A stretch of 64,000 bases of DNA from a bacterium (GTDB lineage Bacteria; SAR324; NAC60-12). Shown in pieces: positions 47,366-56,933 of the stretch. Position 1 is the stretch's first letter; every line of letters starts with the position of its first letter. The stretch spans positions 448,001-512,000 of the forward strand of contig CBDDTI010000747.1 in the NCBI GenBank assembly GCA_965233585.1, written 5' to 3'. Both the position numbers and the translations under genes were made by a program. The notes under the pieces were generated by a model that saw only the letters and a program-made list of their open reading frames with translations, was not told the origin of the DNA and searched no databases.

Positions 47366-47845
47366 TTAGTCAAAGGTCAAATTAATGTCATGCTGATATT
47401 TAATAAATGACGTTTGTTGAGAGATTTTATCGTATAGCATTCTTGCTGTCATATTAAAATCTTGTGTAAGCCAATACACTTGGCAAACATTGTTTTGTTT
47501 GGACTGCTGATAAACGGCTTCTATTAACTGCCTTGCTATTCCTTGATTTCTGAATTGTTGATGCACAAATAAATCTTGTAAGTAGCAAACTTGGTTCATT
47601 TTCCAGCCGTGTCTATGATATAAGAAATGAACCAGTCCCAACATTTGTTTTTTTTGATGAAAGGCAGCGAATGCTTGAAATTCTTGAGGTGCTTTTGACA
47701 TCAATCTTTCCCACGCAAGCAGAATCATTTCATCTTCCAGTTTTGTCTTGTAAAAGTCTAAATATGAAGTCCAGCAATGTCTCCATTCTTCAAAATCAGT
47801 GTGTGTTAACTCCCTGATTTGTATTGTCAAGCCTATTTCAGACAT
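47366..47845 (-). CDS. GNAT family N-acetyltransferase
   Basis: CYLQDLFV..RNQGIARQLI, VYWLT..N-TARMLYDKI. Confidence 0.9.
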   Translation of the reverse strand: MSEIGLTIQIRELTHTDFEEWRHCWTSYLDFYKTKLEDEMILLAWERLMSKAPQEFQAFAAFHQKKQMLGLVHFLYHRHGWKMNQVCYLQDLFVHQQFRNQGIARQLIEAVYQQSKQNNVCQVYWLTQDFNMTARMLYDKISQQTSFIKYQHDINLTFD

Positions 47846-47872
47846 GAGTTTGTCCTTTTGAATGTCATTCAG

Positions 47873-48781
47873 TCAATGGATTTTGGATTGTGAATAGTGG
47901 CTTAAAATGATGCCTAATGCGATGAAACTGCTTCCTATCCAATGATAAATCTGGAAAGATTCGCCTAAAAAAATCATCGCGAGCAAGACTCCAAACACAG
48001 GCATCAAATGAATAAATTGTCCTGCCATTTGGGGTCCAATCAATCTGACTCCCTCATTCCAACAAAGATAGCCAAGCGTTGCTGGAAAGATAGCAACATA
48101 CAAGATGACACTCGCTTTGGTTAAATCCCAGTTGACTTCTGGTTCTTGAAACAGATTTGTCCAATAGAGCATACCTACAAAAATAACTCCTATTGAGATG
48201 ATGGTCCCTAAAAATGCTGTTGGGTTTAAACTTTGGGGCTTCCAACGTGGTAAAAGCAGAGAATATACAGACCAGAAAAGTGTTGCCAACCCTATCCACA
48301 AATCGCCAGTATGCTGTGCTAAGTTTTGCAAGTGTGCTAAATCTCCCTGACTGATGATGAATGATGCCCCTATGAAAGAAACAATGATGCCAATCACCTC
48401 ATACTTTCCCAATGCAGAGCGAAAAAATACCCGAGAGATGAGTAAAATCATCAATGGTGAAGAAGAAGTAATCAAAACAGAGTTCATGGCTGTTGTCGTC
48501 TGGAGACCAGTGTAAACAGTGAGGTTGTAACATCCGATACTTAATAAACTTAAAATTGCCAACTTCCAAAAATTTTTTGCAATGAGTTCTTTTTGTGTCC
48601 AAATGTGCCTCCAGCAAAAAGGCATTAAACAAATCCAAGCCAGCATCCATCTCCAGTATGATAAAGCGACTGGGGGCAGGTCAGCAGAAAAGGCACGTGC
48701 AAGAACAACATTTCCAGACCAAAACAAAGCTGCCACTACCAAATATCCATAAGCTCGCAAATCCGTTCTTTTCACTTTCAA
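47873..48781 (-). CDS. DMT/EamA family transporter
   Basis: About 10 TM; LFWSGN, WNEGV..GP..AG-F-HLMPVF. Confidence 0.9.
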   Translation of the reverse strand: MKVKRTDLRAYGYLVVAALFWSGNVVLARAFSADLPPVALSYWRWMLAWICLMPFCWRHIWTQKELIAKNFWKLAILSLLSIGCYNLTVYTGLQTTTAMNSVLITSSSPLMILLISRVFFRSALGKYEVIGIIVSFIGASFIISQGDLAHLQNLAQHTGDLWIGLATLFWSVYSLLLPRWKPQSLNPTAFLGTIISIGVIFVGMLYWTNLFQEPEVNWDLTKASVILYVAIFPATLGYLCWNEGVRLIGPQMAGQFIHLMPVFGVLLAMIFLGESFQIYHWIGSSFIALGIILSHYSQSKIH

Positions 48782-48794
48782 TCAAATCCAATGT

Positions 48795-51700
48795 CTAATG
48801 AAACTCAATGTTTTGAATCTGTTGCATGGTCTTGTCAGTTTCTACCAAAGCAACAATGATTTTTTGATAATGCTGAATGTCATCAAAGGTCAATTTTCTG
48901 CCTTTGCGGTCTTTCAGCCATTTTTGAGCAGGTTGATAACCCCCGATGTAAAAGTTCCAAGCCGCTTCTGGAACACTTCCAAAATATTGCTTGTTGTTAA
49001 TCCAAACTTTGCCTTGTTCATAGCTCACTTTTTCTATCAAATGCTCGCCATCTTCGGGGTAAGTTGTGATAAAGTGATTTAACTTTTGATGTTCCATCAA
49101 ATGCAATAGTCTTAATTCTTTTCCCAATTTTGCTAACTCCCAAAAGGTTTTTTGTTTCTTGGGATAGGGAATGTGTGGAAAATCTATTTTTAAAAACTCT
49201 TGATAACGTTCTCTGTATTTAGACGAGTGTAAAACTGCATAGATGTAATCTAATAAATCTATGGGAGCAAAATACTTTGCAGATTCTTCTTTTTCTACTG
49301 TAAACTTTAAACCTAAATTTTTTTCTATTTTTTGAATGATTTCTTCATTGAAGTTTGGCTTTCTGCTTGCTTTTTCTGTGTTGTTTTGTGATTGATTTTC
49401 TGGGTAAGTATAGAGGGGGAAAACATAATTTATGTCCAGAGATGAAATAGTCGTCGCACCACAACTTAAAGAGTTAGTTATAAAAATCTCCCTCCAAATA
49501 TTATTATTTCTTGAACGTCTTATACTAATCAATCCTAAATTTTCAGATTTTAAGAAGTTTTGCATGACTTTTCTTCTAGGTTTACAGTGGAATCCTTTAA
49601 CTTTTCCAGTGTAAAAAGTCCACCTCTTATCAAAAGGACGATAAATGATTTCTACAATTTTTTGTCTATTTGGATAATTCTTCTCTAAATCTTCTCTAGC
49701 ATATTTGACTGTCCAATCTCTAACATCTTTCCTTAAATTAAATTGCTTCCTAGCTTCTTCATTTTCTAAACTCAAAAACTTGTTTATAATTTTTTCTAAT
49801 TCTTTTTGGGTATGATGAATAGTCAAGTGATCTCTTGCTGTCACAATTCCAACACTATTTAAAATGAACAAATCTTTCAAAGAAAAACCTTGTTCATAGT
49901 CTTTTTGTAATTCAAGATTTTTAGGAACAAAGAAATAGTTAGGGGACTGATATTTGACGTTACTCCATTCAATAGAATCTAAAGTATTGTCTTGCAAAAA
50001 ATTTAACTTATCTGTACGTTTTCCATATAAATCGTAATGAAAAACTTGTGCAAGGTCATCTGTTTGTTTGTTTTCATTTTTGACAAAAAGATTGATAGAC
50101 ACCCCTTGCATGATTTTAAAGACATTTTCATCTTTTGAGCCATCAGGAGAGATTTCTTTTTTACGGCTGTTTCCATGTAAATCAAGAATATAAATTTTGT
50201 CAAAAGTTTTAAGTAAATTCCAACGCATTCCCCTGAAGGTTGGGTTATCTATAAAACTATGATTGTTAATAAAAGCTAAGATGCCACTACCATTTTTTTG
50301 GACATAAAACTGACCGCATCGGATAAACTTCACATAATCGTCATTGAGCCATTTTGAGTTTTTTTCTTGAATTTTCTTGTCTTCAGTTTGTCCTGCTTTT
50401 GTTGGTTCTTTTTTATAAACGTTGATTAAATTCATGATCCAATCACTTTGATTCTGGCTTTCCCCGTGATAAGGAGGATTGCCCAGCACGACCATCACAG
50501 GAATATCACGTTTAATGGAGTCTGCCCCTTTAGACTCTTGGATAAGCCAATGGTCAGTCAACAAAGGCATATCCTGTGAGTGATATTCTGACAAAGCGTT
50601 GGTCAGAAAAATCTTAAAACGGTCTTTGTCAGAGTAACCTGTCTGTTTCAGCATCATTGCTAATTTGAGATGACAGAGGGCATAAGGAGCCATCATAATT
50701 TCAAAGCCATTCAAACGAGGAATTAGATGCTCTTTGACGTAACTTGACCAAAGTCCTTGCTGGTTTTGGAAGGACTGCTGAATGTGTTCAATCACTTCTG
50801 CTAAAAATGCACCTGTGCCAGTAGCAGGGTCTAAGATTTGTAAGCGATGCAATGATTCAGCTTTGCCATTAGTTTTCTTTCCTACTTTCTCACAATCTGC
50901 TAACCCTGCTTGAATTTGAAACTCTTTTTTTAATAAGTCATCAACAGCTTTGACAATGAAATGCACCACAGGCTTTGGCGTGTAATAGACTCCTTTTTCT
51001 TTTCTTTTTTCAGAATCATAAGCGGCAAGAAAATGCTCATAGAAGTCAAGAAAGGGGTCGCTTTTAAATTGATGATGTGTTGTTGCTTGAAAGATGTTTG
51101 CTAAATCTGAATCTTGTAGAACTTGAGCTAAGTCATCAATGACCCAATGCAAACGTTCATCTAAATTAACCCCAGCAATGTTGTCAAAAAGATGCCTTAA
51201 AAAGAAGCTAGATTGAGGCACTAAATCTCTTGCAGTTTGTCTTGTAAAATTCTGACTGCCTTGACAGTTCAGTGAAGCAGAAAACAAGCCATACACTAAC
51301 GTCTGAACATAAACATCTGCAAACGTTTCTTTGTCTAAATCTTGAATCAAGTATTTTTGAAACCCTTGAAATTGTTGTTGTAATGAGTTGTTTTCATTTT
51401 CTTGTAAAAGCACTTGATAGAAGACTTCTTTCATCAGCAATGCTTTGTTTGCCATTACAGAGGATAACTCTTCAGAATTTTTGATTCCTTTTGCTTGAAA
51501 ATGACAAAAATTTTCAAAATATTTTTTGAAGATTCCCCAATTTTCTTGAATGATTTGAAGTTGATTTTGATCCCACTTGGCTAAACAAACCTCTTTAATT
51601 TTTTGAGAATTTTGATAAAAACGAAATTCCAAGTAATTTGTTAAAATTAAATTATCTAAACTTTGAAGATAACGTTGGATTTGCTCACTTTTTTCAGTTG

Positions 51701-51932
51701 TTTCTAAGTCAGTGTTCCAATCTTTTGTTTCAATGTAACCAATAGAAACGTCACCTTTTTCTACCAAAAAATCAGGTGAACCACAAGCAATCCTTTTGGG
51801 TTCATTCAAGAATTGTAAATCAGGCGCCAGTCGTTCTAAAAATGCTTGAAAAACAGGACGATAAGAGTGTTCTGTTGCATTCTGCCCTCTTTGAATCTCT
51901 TGAATCTTTTCAAAGTAATCTTGTAAATCCAT
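48795..51932 (-). CDS. Single-polypeptide Type IIG/ISP-like restriction-modification enzyme (nuclease + N6-adenine MTase + LlaBIII-like specificity domain)
   Basis: GSPDF..GYIETK nuclease; GVYYTP; ILDPATGTG (motif I); GNPPY (motif IV); YRPFD; IGGYQ..KWLKDRK. Confidence 0.9.
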   Translation of the reverse strand: MDLQDYFEKIQEIQRGQNATEHSYRPVFQAFLERLAPDLQFLNEPKRIACGSPDFLVEKGDVSIGYIETKDWNTDLETTEKSEQIQRYLQSLDNLILTNYLEFRFYQNSQKIKEVCLAKWDQNQLQIIQENWGIFKKYFENFCHFQAKGIKNSEELSSVMANKALLMKEVFYQVLLQENENNSLQQQFQGFQKYLIQDLDKETFADVYVQTLVYGLFSASLNCQGSQNFTRQTARDLVPQSSFFLRHLFDNIAGVNLDERLHWVIDDLAQVLQDSDLANIFQATTHHQFKSDPFLDFYEHFLAAYDSEKRKEKGVYYTPKPVVHFIVKAVDDLLKKEFQIQAGLADCEKVGKKTNGKAESLHRLQILDPATGTGAFLAEVIEHIQQSFQNQQGLWSSYVKEHLIPRLNGFEIMMAPYALCHLKLAMMLKQTGYSDKDRFKIFLTNALSEYHSQDMPLLTDHWLIQESKGADSIKRDIPVMVVLGNPPYHGESQNQSDWIMNLINVYKKEPTKAGQTEDKKIQEKNSKWLNDDYVKFIRCGQFYVQKNGSGILAFINNHSFIDNPTFRGMRWNLLKTFDKIYILDLHGNSRKKEISPDGSKDENVFKIMQGVSINLFVKNENKQTDDLAQVFHYDLYGKRTDKLNFLQDNTLDSIEWSNVKYQSPNYFFVPKNLELQKDYEQGFSLKDLFILNSVGIVTARDHLTIHHTQKELEKIINKFLSLENEEARKQFNLRKDVRDWTVKYAREDLEKNYPNRQKIVEIIYRPFDKRWTFYTGKVKGFHCKPRRKVMQNFLKSENLGLISIRRSRNNNIWREIFITNSLSCGATTISSLDINYVFPLYTYPENQSQNNTEKASRKPNFNEEIIQKIEKNLGLKFTVEKEESAKYFAPIDLLDYIYAVLHSSKYRERYQEFLKIDFPHIPYPKKQKTFWELAKLGKELRLLHLMEHQKLNHFITTYPEDGEHLIEKVSYEQGKVWINNKQYFGSVPEAAWNFYIGGYQPAQKWLKDRKGRKLTFDDIQHYQKIIVALVETDKTMQQIQNIEFH

Positions 51933-51933
51933 G

Positions 51934-52659
51934 TCAAACTAAAATCCAAATGTCGTAAAAAGCGTGAGTGTAAACTGCAACACCAAACCCCCTGAAGTAA
52001 TAAATGATAGTGAGTAATAAGCCTGAAATGAAGCGAAAAAGGAATGAATAGACCGTAAAGTTGTCTGCTAATCCACCCACGTAATGAACCGCAGAAAATA
52101 ATAATGAGGCAATGATGATGGCAAGGAATCCTTTCAACACTGGTGAACTGATGAAATAAGCCAGCCCCCACATCAAAGCACCTAATAAAAGAAAACGGAA
52201 GAAGAACTCCTCAAAAATCCCTGCACCTAATGACATGGCAAAGTTTTGAATGGTGCTACTGCCAGATGGCAAGGCTAAAGGCAAGACTTTGAACAAAATC
52301 AACTGAACAACTGCACCAAAAAACAGACTGTAAAGCCATGATTCAAAGATGATTCCCCCAATATACTTGGCTTTAAGAGGGACTGACTTTTTTGCAAGAA
52401 ATGGAATAGAAGCCAAAAGGATCAAAATCATTGCTAAAAACGCATGTTGAGAGTCTATCTCAAACACTGCAAAAAGTTGACGAATCCAGACATCAACAGC
52501 ATTGCGGACTTGCCAGTTTTGGGAGTTAGAAAGTCGTTCAAAGTAAAGCAACACTTCATACAAAACGAGCAAAGGTAAGGTCATCACGACACCATAATAA
52601 GCACTTTTAGAAGTGTGGAAATAGGATTGCAAGGCTAAAGAGTTCAATCGTTGATCCAT
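51934..52659 (-). CDS. CPBP (CAAX protease/Abi) intramembrane protease
   Basis: AGIFEEFFFR, FSAVHY, VYTHAFYD. Confidence 0.9.
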   Translation of the reverse strand: MDQRLNSLALQSYFHTSKSAYYGVVMTLPLLVLYEVLLYFERLSNSQNWQVRNAVDVWIRQLFAVFEIDSQHAFLAMILILLASIPFLAKKSVPLKAKYIGGIIFESWLYSLFFGAVVQLILFKVLPLALPSGSSTIQNFAMSLGAGIFEEFFFRFLLLGALMWGLAYFISSPVLKGFLAIIIASLLFSAVHYVGGLADNFTVYSFLFRFISGLLLTIIYYFRGFGVAVYTHAFYDIWILV

Positions 52660-53684
52660 TGTTGAAAGGTTTCTTGGTCATCAAGCTGACGTTCTATACG
52701 TTTGCAAAATTGCATGAAGGAAATTTGGTGGCTTGAGTGGTTGAGCAAATCTTGTGTTGTCAAGTCTTGTAAATGAAAGCCTTGGTCTGCAAACCACTGA
52801 ATCCAAGCACTCATATTTTGGTACAATTCTTCAGAGGGCAACTCAAGTCCTGCTTTCGTAACCTTTGCAACCTCTTTTGGAGCATGAGGCAATTCTTCTG
52901 GTTCATTCTCTTCCTCTGTCTGTGTCTGTGAGCCAAGAATGAATGAATCAAGCAAGACGCCTTCTGCGACAGAATCTTCAAAGTGTTGCAAGGCGTCTTC
53001 TACCAAAGAAGGCTCTTGAGCATAGCGGAGCAACCTCACCTTCATTTGCAAGAATGAAATCCGATGGCTACTTTCTGTGAATTGCTCGCCTAGATGAACG
53101 AAAGCCTCAGCATTTTCTCTTTGCAGGACTTTAAACCATTGCACAGTCGTCAAGTAGACTTCATTCAATGGCTCAATTTGATAAGGTTTTTCTGGGGGTT
53201 GCTCTTCTTCAGTTTTGTTTTTTAAGTTCAAGACTGCCAAGTCTTTTTGCAAGGAGGAGTGATGAGTCAGATTTTTTTGGGAGGACTCTGATTTGATGAC
53301 TTCTTCCTTTGGGGGTCTCGCAATGGAAAGGAGTCTCATCTGTTCTTGCAACTGTTCAACGGCTTCTTCTAATTTGGCAAGACGTTGTTGTAATGTAGAT
53401 GATTTCTGGGGACTTTCTAATGCAAAAAGAAAGACCCCTTGTTGTTGTAACCATTGCGGATTGGCTAGTTGTTCAGCAAACTCATCAGGAATTTGCTCAC
53501 ACTCTGCCAAAAACTCTCGCCAATTCAAAATGTCTGTGGAGGTGTATGAAAAGTCTTCAGACAAAGAAAGACCCCGTTTTTGTAACCAGAGCTTCCATTG
53601 CATCAATGTTTTTTTAGTTTCTTGAGAACGTTGAAACTGGAGAAGATTCTTTTCTAATTGGCTGATTAGGTTGGTATTGGTCAT
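52644..53684 (-). CDS. Hypothetical cytoplasmic helical protein with coiled coil and internal repeats
   Basis: 346-aa ORF in an operon between lpxA and the CPBP gene. Confidence 0.65.
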   Translation of the reverse strand: MTNTNLISQLEKNLLQFQRSQETKKTLMQWKLWLQKRGLSLSEDFSYTSTDILNWREFLAECEQIPDEFAEQLANPQWLQQQGVFLFALESPQKSSTLQQRLAKLEEAVEQLQEQMRLLSIARPPKEEVIKSESSQKNLTHHSSLQKDLAVLNLKNKTEEEQPPEKPYQIEPLNEVYLTTVQWFKVLQRENAEAFVHLGEQFTESSHRISFLQMKVRLLRYAQEPSLVEDALQHFEDSVAEGVLLDSFILGSQTQTEEENEPEELPHAPKEVAKVTKAGLELPSEELYQNMSAWIQWFADQGFHLQDLTTQDLLNHSSHQISFMQFCKRIERQLDDQETFQQWIND

Positions 53685-53691
53685 ACATGAG

Positions 53692-54474
53692 TCATGGCTT
53701 GCGTTTGACCTTGCCTTCTACCTCTTGAATGAACCGCAGATAAGTCAAGGTTGCAGGACAATGAGCATACTTTGACTTGAGATTTGTAACGACTTCTTGC
53801 CAGTTGCCTGTGCTTTTAAGGAAGTCTTTGTGCATTGTAGAAATGGTAGCAATATCTGCCTGCTCAAAGCCGTTGCGTTGCAAGCCAATCACGTTGACCC
53901 CTTTCAAATTAATTCGGTTGCCATAGCCTGTTGCATAAGGAGGAACATTTTGGTCAATCATTGTACCAGCACCTATGAAAGCATAAGACCCCACCCGTAT
54001 AAATTGCACTGCCCCAGTTTGACCCCCGATGACTGTACGGTCATCTAACACAACATGCCCTGAAAGCTGAACAGAATTAGCAAGAATGTTATGATTCCCA
54101 ATCTTGCAATCGTGAGCAACGTGAACATAAGCCATGATTAAATTATGGCTACCTATGGACGTTTTGCCCCCCCCGTGACTTGTGCCACGATGAATTGAGG
54201 AGTACTCACGCACAATGTTATGGTCACCCATCTCAACCAAAGTTCTTTCACCTTGATATTTCAAATCTTGCGGAACAACACCTGTAACGGAGTAAGGAAA
54301 AAATTGATTGTGTTTGCCAATTTGACAAGGACCTTCTAAAACGACGTGGGATTTTAAAACACACCCATCGCCAAGTTCTACCTCATCTCCAACAACACAA
54401 TACGCACCAATTTGAACATTGTTGCCAAGTTTAGCTGTGGGAGAAACGATTGCTGTTTGATGAATTGATGCCAT
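53692..54474 (-). CDS. lpxA: Acyl-ACP--UDP-GlcNAc O-acyltransferase
   Basis: IHQTAIV, hexapeptide repeats, PQDLKY, IHRGT, HVAHDC, N-IGL-R-GF. Confidence 0.95.
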   Translation of the reverse strand: MASIHQTAIVSPTAKLGNNVQIGAYCVVGDEVELGDGCVLKSHVVLEGPCQIGKHNQFFPYSVTGVVPQDLKYQGERTLVEMGDHNIVREYSSIHRGTSHGGGKTSIGSHNLIMAYVHVAHDCKIGNHNILANSVQLSGHVVLDDRTVIGGQTGAVQFIRVGSYAFIGAGTMIDQNVPPYATGYGNRINLKGVNVIGLQRNGFEQADIATISTMHKDFLKSTGNWQEVVTNLKSKYAHCPATLTYLRFIQEVEGKVKRKP

Positions 54475-54602
54475 CAGTCATAAAAAGTGAGAAAAAATTA
54501 AAAATAAAATCTTTTCAGTGTAAAATGAGTATTCACAAACTGCAAGCGATAAGGCGTGCCATTTGCATTCCAGTTTGTTTCAATTTAACTATGACCTCAA
54601 TT

Positions 54603-55271
54603 ATGCGAAAATTATTCTGTTTCTGTCTGCTTTGGGCATTGGGTGCTTTGACTCTTCATGCGGAGAAGGTGTATTTACATAGTGGAGAAATGCTTATCGG
54701 TCGGATTCAATACATTGATGAAAGAGTTGTCGCTCTTGAGTCCGACAGAGGATTTGGTATTGTCAAGATAGACCGTGCAGATGTTAGCATGATTGAGTTT
54801 GATGGAAGTGAACGAAACCTTTCCCAAAAATTTGGATTAGGATTTTTTCAAAGAAGCCCGATTGCTGATGATGTCAGCTTTAGCTCTTTGACAGTGAGGC
54901 ATTGGAGTAGTATTGACACATCTATTGACTTTATGATAGGGGTTGGACACACGACTGATGGAGACACTAAACTCCAAGAATACTTTAGCGTAGAGGGACG
55001 TTATGCTAAGGTGTTACTTCAAGAGGGAAGGCACAATATTTATTCTGGAGCGGGAATAGGCGTGATGAGTACTTCAGGCGAAAACCTTCCAGAAGCGACA
55101 ACAGGCACACAATTCAGCGCATTTTTGGGAGTAGAACTGTTCCCTGTCAGTTTTCCCAACCTTGGCGTTTCTGCAGAAGTGGGAGTGTTAACTCAAAAAA
55201 TTGGCTCTCGTCAGTCCTATGGCTTGTTCCATGTTGGCTTCCCTTCCCTTTCTGTCCGTTATTATTTTTAA
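54603..55271 (+). CDS. Putative small outer-membrane beta-barrel with N-terminal LSm-like domain
   Basis: Signal peptide; VYLHSGEMLIGRI; alternating strands; C-terminal SVRYYF beta-signal. Confidence 0.7.
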   Translation: MRKLFCFCLLWALGALTLHAEKVYLHSGEMLIGRIQYIDERVVALESDRGFGIVKIDRADVSMIEFDGSERNLSQKFGLGFFQRSPIADDVSFSSLTVRHWSSIDTSIDFMIGVGHTTDGDTKLQEYFSVEGRYAKVLLQEGRHNIYSGAGIGVMSTSGENLPEATTGTQFSAFLGVELFPVSFPNLGVSAEVGVLTQKIGSRQSYGLFHVGFPSLSVRYYF

Positions 55272-55294
55272 TTCTTTAAAGTAGGAAAAATCTG

Positions 55295-55534
55295 ATGAAA
55301 CTTGAACTTTTTTATTTTGAAAGCTGTCCCTTTTGCCAAATCGTTTTGAGGGAAATCCAAAACCTCAATATTGAGTCAAACATTGACAAGCTGAACATTC
55401 ACGATGACCCATCTGCACTTGAAAGACTTGTCAACATGAACGGAAAAAGACAAGTCCCTTGCCTCGTCATTGATGGAAAACCGATGCTGGAGTCTTCGCA
55501 AATTATAGAATTTTTGCAGCAAAATTTTGGCTGA
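55295..55534 (+). CDS. Glutaredoxin-like protein
   Basis: CPFC, GKRQVPCLVIDG, ESS-II-FL. Confidence 0.92.
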   Translation: MKLELFYFESCPFCQIVLREIQNLNIESNIDKLNIHDDPSALERLVNMNGKRQVPCLVIDGKPMLESSQIIEFLQQNFG

Positions 55535-55547
55535 GACTGTGACTTTT

Positions 55548-56918
55548 ATGAAGTGTCAACACATTGCCATTTTGGTCGCCCTCACTTTGCTGAGTGCTTG
55601 CAGTATCAAAAAAATATCATATCCTGTTACTCCCTCACCCCACAGGTTAGTTGAGGTTTTTGGATTTCACATTGATGAATTTAAGGGGAGGGGACACTTT
55701 TTGCTCAAGGATATTCTCATTAGTCAGATTCACCGTATTCCTAATTTTGAATACTCTGAAAGCTATCCAATCAGCAAACATGCCGCCATTATTTCTGCAA
55801 ATGTTCTAGCATATTCTGCAAAAGATGAGGTGCTTCAAAAAAACAAACAGCAAGTCAGGCTGGTTGCAGAAGACTCCCCTAAATCACAACAGCTTTTAAA
55901 GGCAACACAACTCAAGTTCATTGAAGTCCCTCATCAAATGTTAGTGATGCACCGCACTTTGACACTTCAAGTTGAAATTCAAGTCAGACATGCGACAAGT
56001 CAAAAAATTCTTTACCAAAATCTTGAAAAAATTGCTTTTCAACAAACCTATTTTGGCAAAGAGCAGGTCTCTCTTGCTCCTGATAGCAATGACGAAATTG
56101 AAAGGCTAGGACAACTACTTTTCAAACGTTTCTTAGACAAGCTCAACCCTGCTTTTCAAAACCAAACGCTTGTCCTTGAGTCTGGTTCTTCGTCTCTCGT
56201 GTGGGGATTGTTTCCAAAAGAGCATTCTGGAATTTTGAAAGGAAACCGCTATGCCCTAGAAGGCAATTATGAACAGGCATTGAAAACATGGAGTTATGTC
56301 ACATTTTTTCCAAGTCCATTTGGAACAAAAGAGTTTTTTACTTTTGATGATACGTTCTATGAAAAAACTCGTATGGCACAAATTCCAAATATCATTCTTG
56401 AGACATTGTTACCTTATCATGGGCAAACTTTTTCGCTTGAGCAAATCAATGCGTTGCTTCCTAAAATCATGACAAGGCAGGACTTCATTGAGCATGCTAA
56501 CGTCATCAAAATTCATGCTCGGCAAGAAAAGAATCAAGACAACGTCAACCTTGCGGCTGCTCATTACAACTTGGGGTCTGTTTATCAAATTCAAGGGAAG
56601 CTAGAGTTGGCATCGTACCACTTTGCCAGAGCCAATGCTTATCACCCACGGCAAAAATATGCCCAAAGTTGGACAGATACTCAAACAAAATTTGGAACGC
56701 TTGACCCTGCTTCTAACATGCCTGCGTTTGATGAAATTGCAACACCCAGAAATGCAAGAATCCAAACTCAATCTACACAAAAAGATAAGGAAATGGCTAA
56801 TCGCTCCCAGACTGTCATTACACCCTCAGAACTCCCTGTCTTGATTGAAGAAAACAAACAACTTTCTCAGCCTCAAACACCAAAACAAACACCTCTTCCA
56901 CAACTTAATTTAGATTAA
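55548..56918 (+). CDS. Lipoprotein with CsgG/DUF6340-like N-domain and TPR
   Basis: Lipobox LSAC; AAIISANV; GNYEQALKTW; AAHYNLGSVYQIQG. Confidence 0.6.
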   Translation: MKCQHIAILVALTLLSACSIKKISYPVTPSPHRLVEVFGFHIDEFKGRGHFLLKDILISQIHRIPNFEYSESYPISKHAAIISANVLAYSAKDEVLQKNKQQVRLVAEDSPKSQQLLKATQLKFIEVPHQMLVMHRTLTLQVEIQVRHATSQKILYQNLEKIAFQQTYFGKEQVSLAPDSNDEIERLGQLLFKRFLDKLNPAFQNQTLVLESGSSSLVWGLFPKEHSGILKGNRYALEGNYEQALKTWSYVTFFPSPFGTKEFFTFDDTFYEKTRMAQIPNIILETLLPYHGQTFSLEQINALLPKIMTRQDFIEHANVIKIHARQEKNQDNVNLAAAHYNLGSVYQIQGKLELASYHFARANAYHPRQKYAQSWTDTQTKFGTLDPASNMPAFDEIATPRNARIQTQSTQKDKEMANRSQTVITPSELPVLIEENKQLSQPQTPKQTPLPQLNLD

Positions 56919-56933
56919 ATTCAAAGAACTCTC

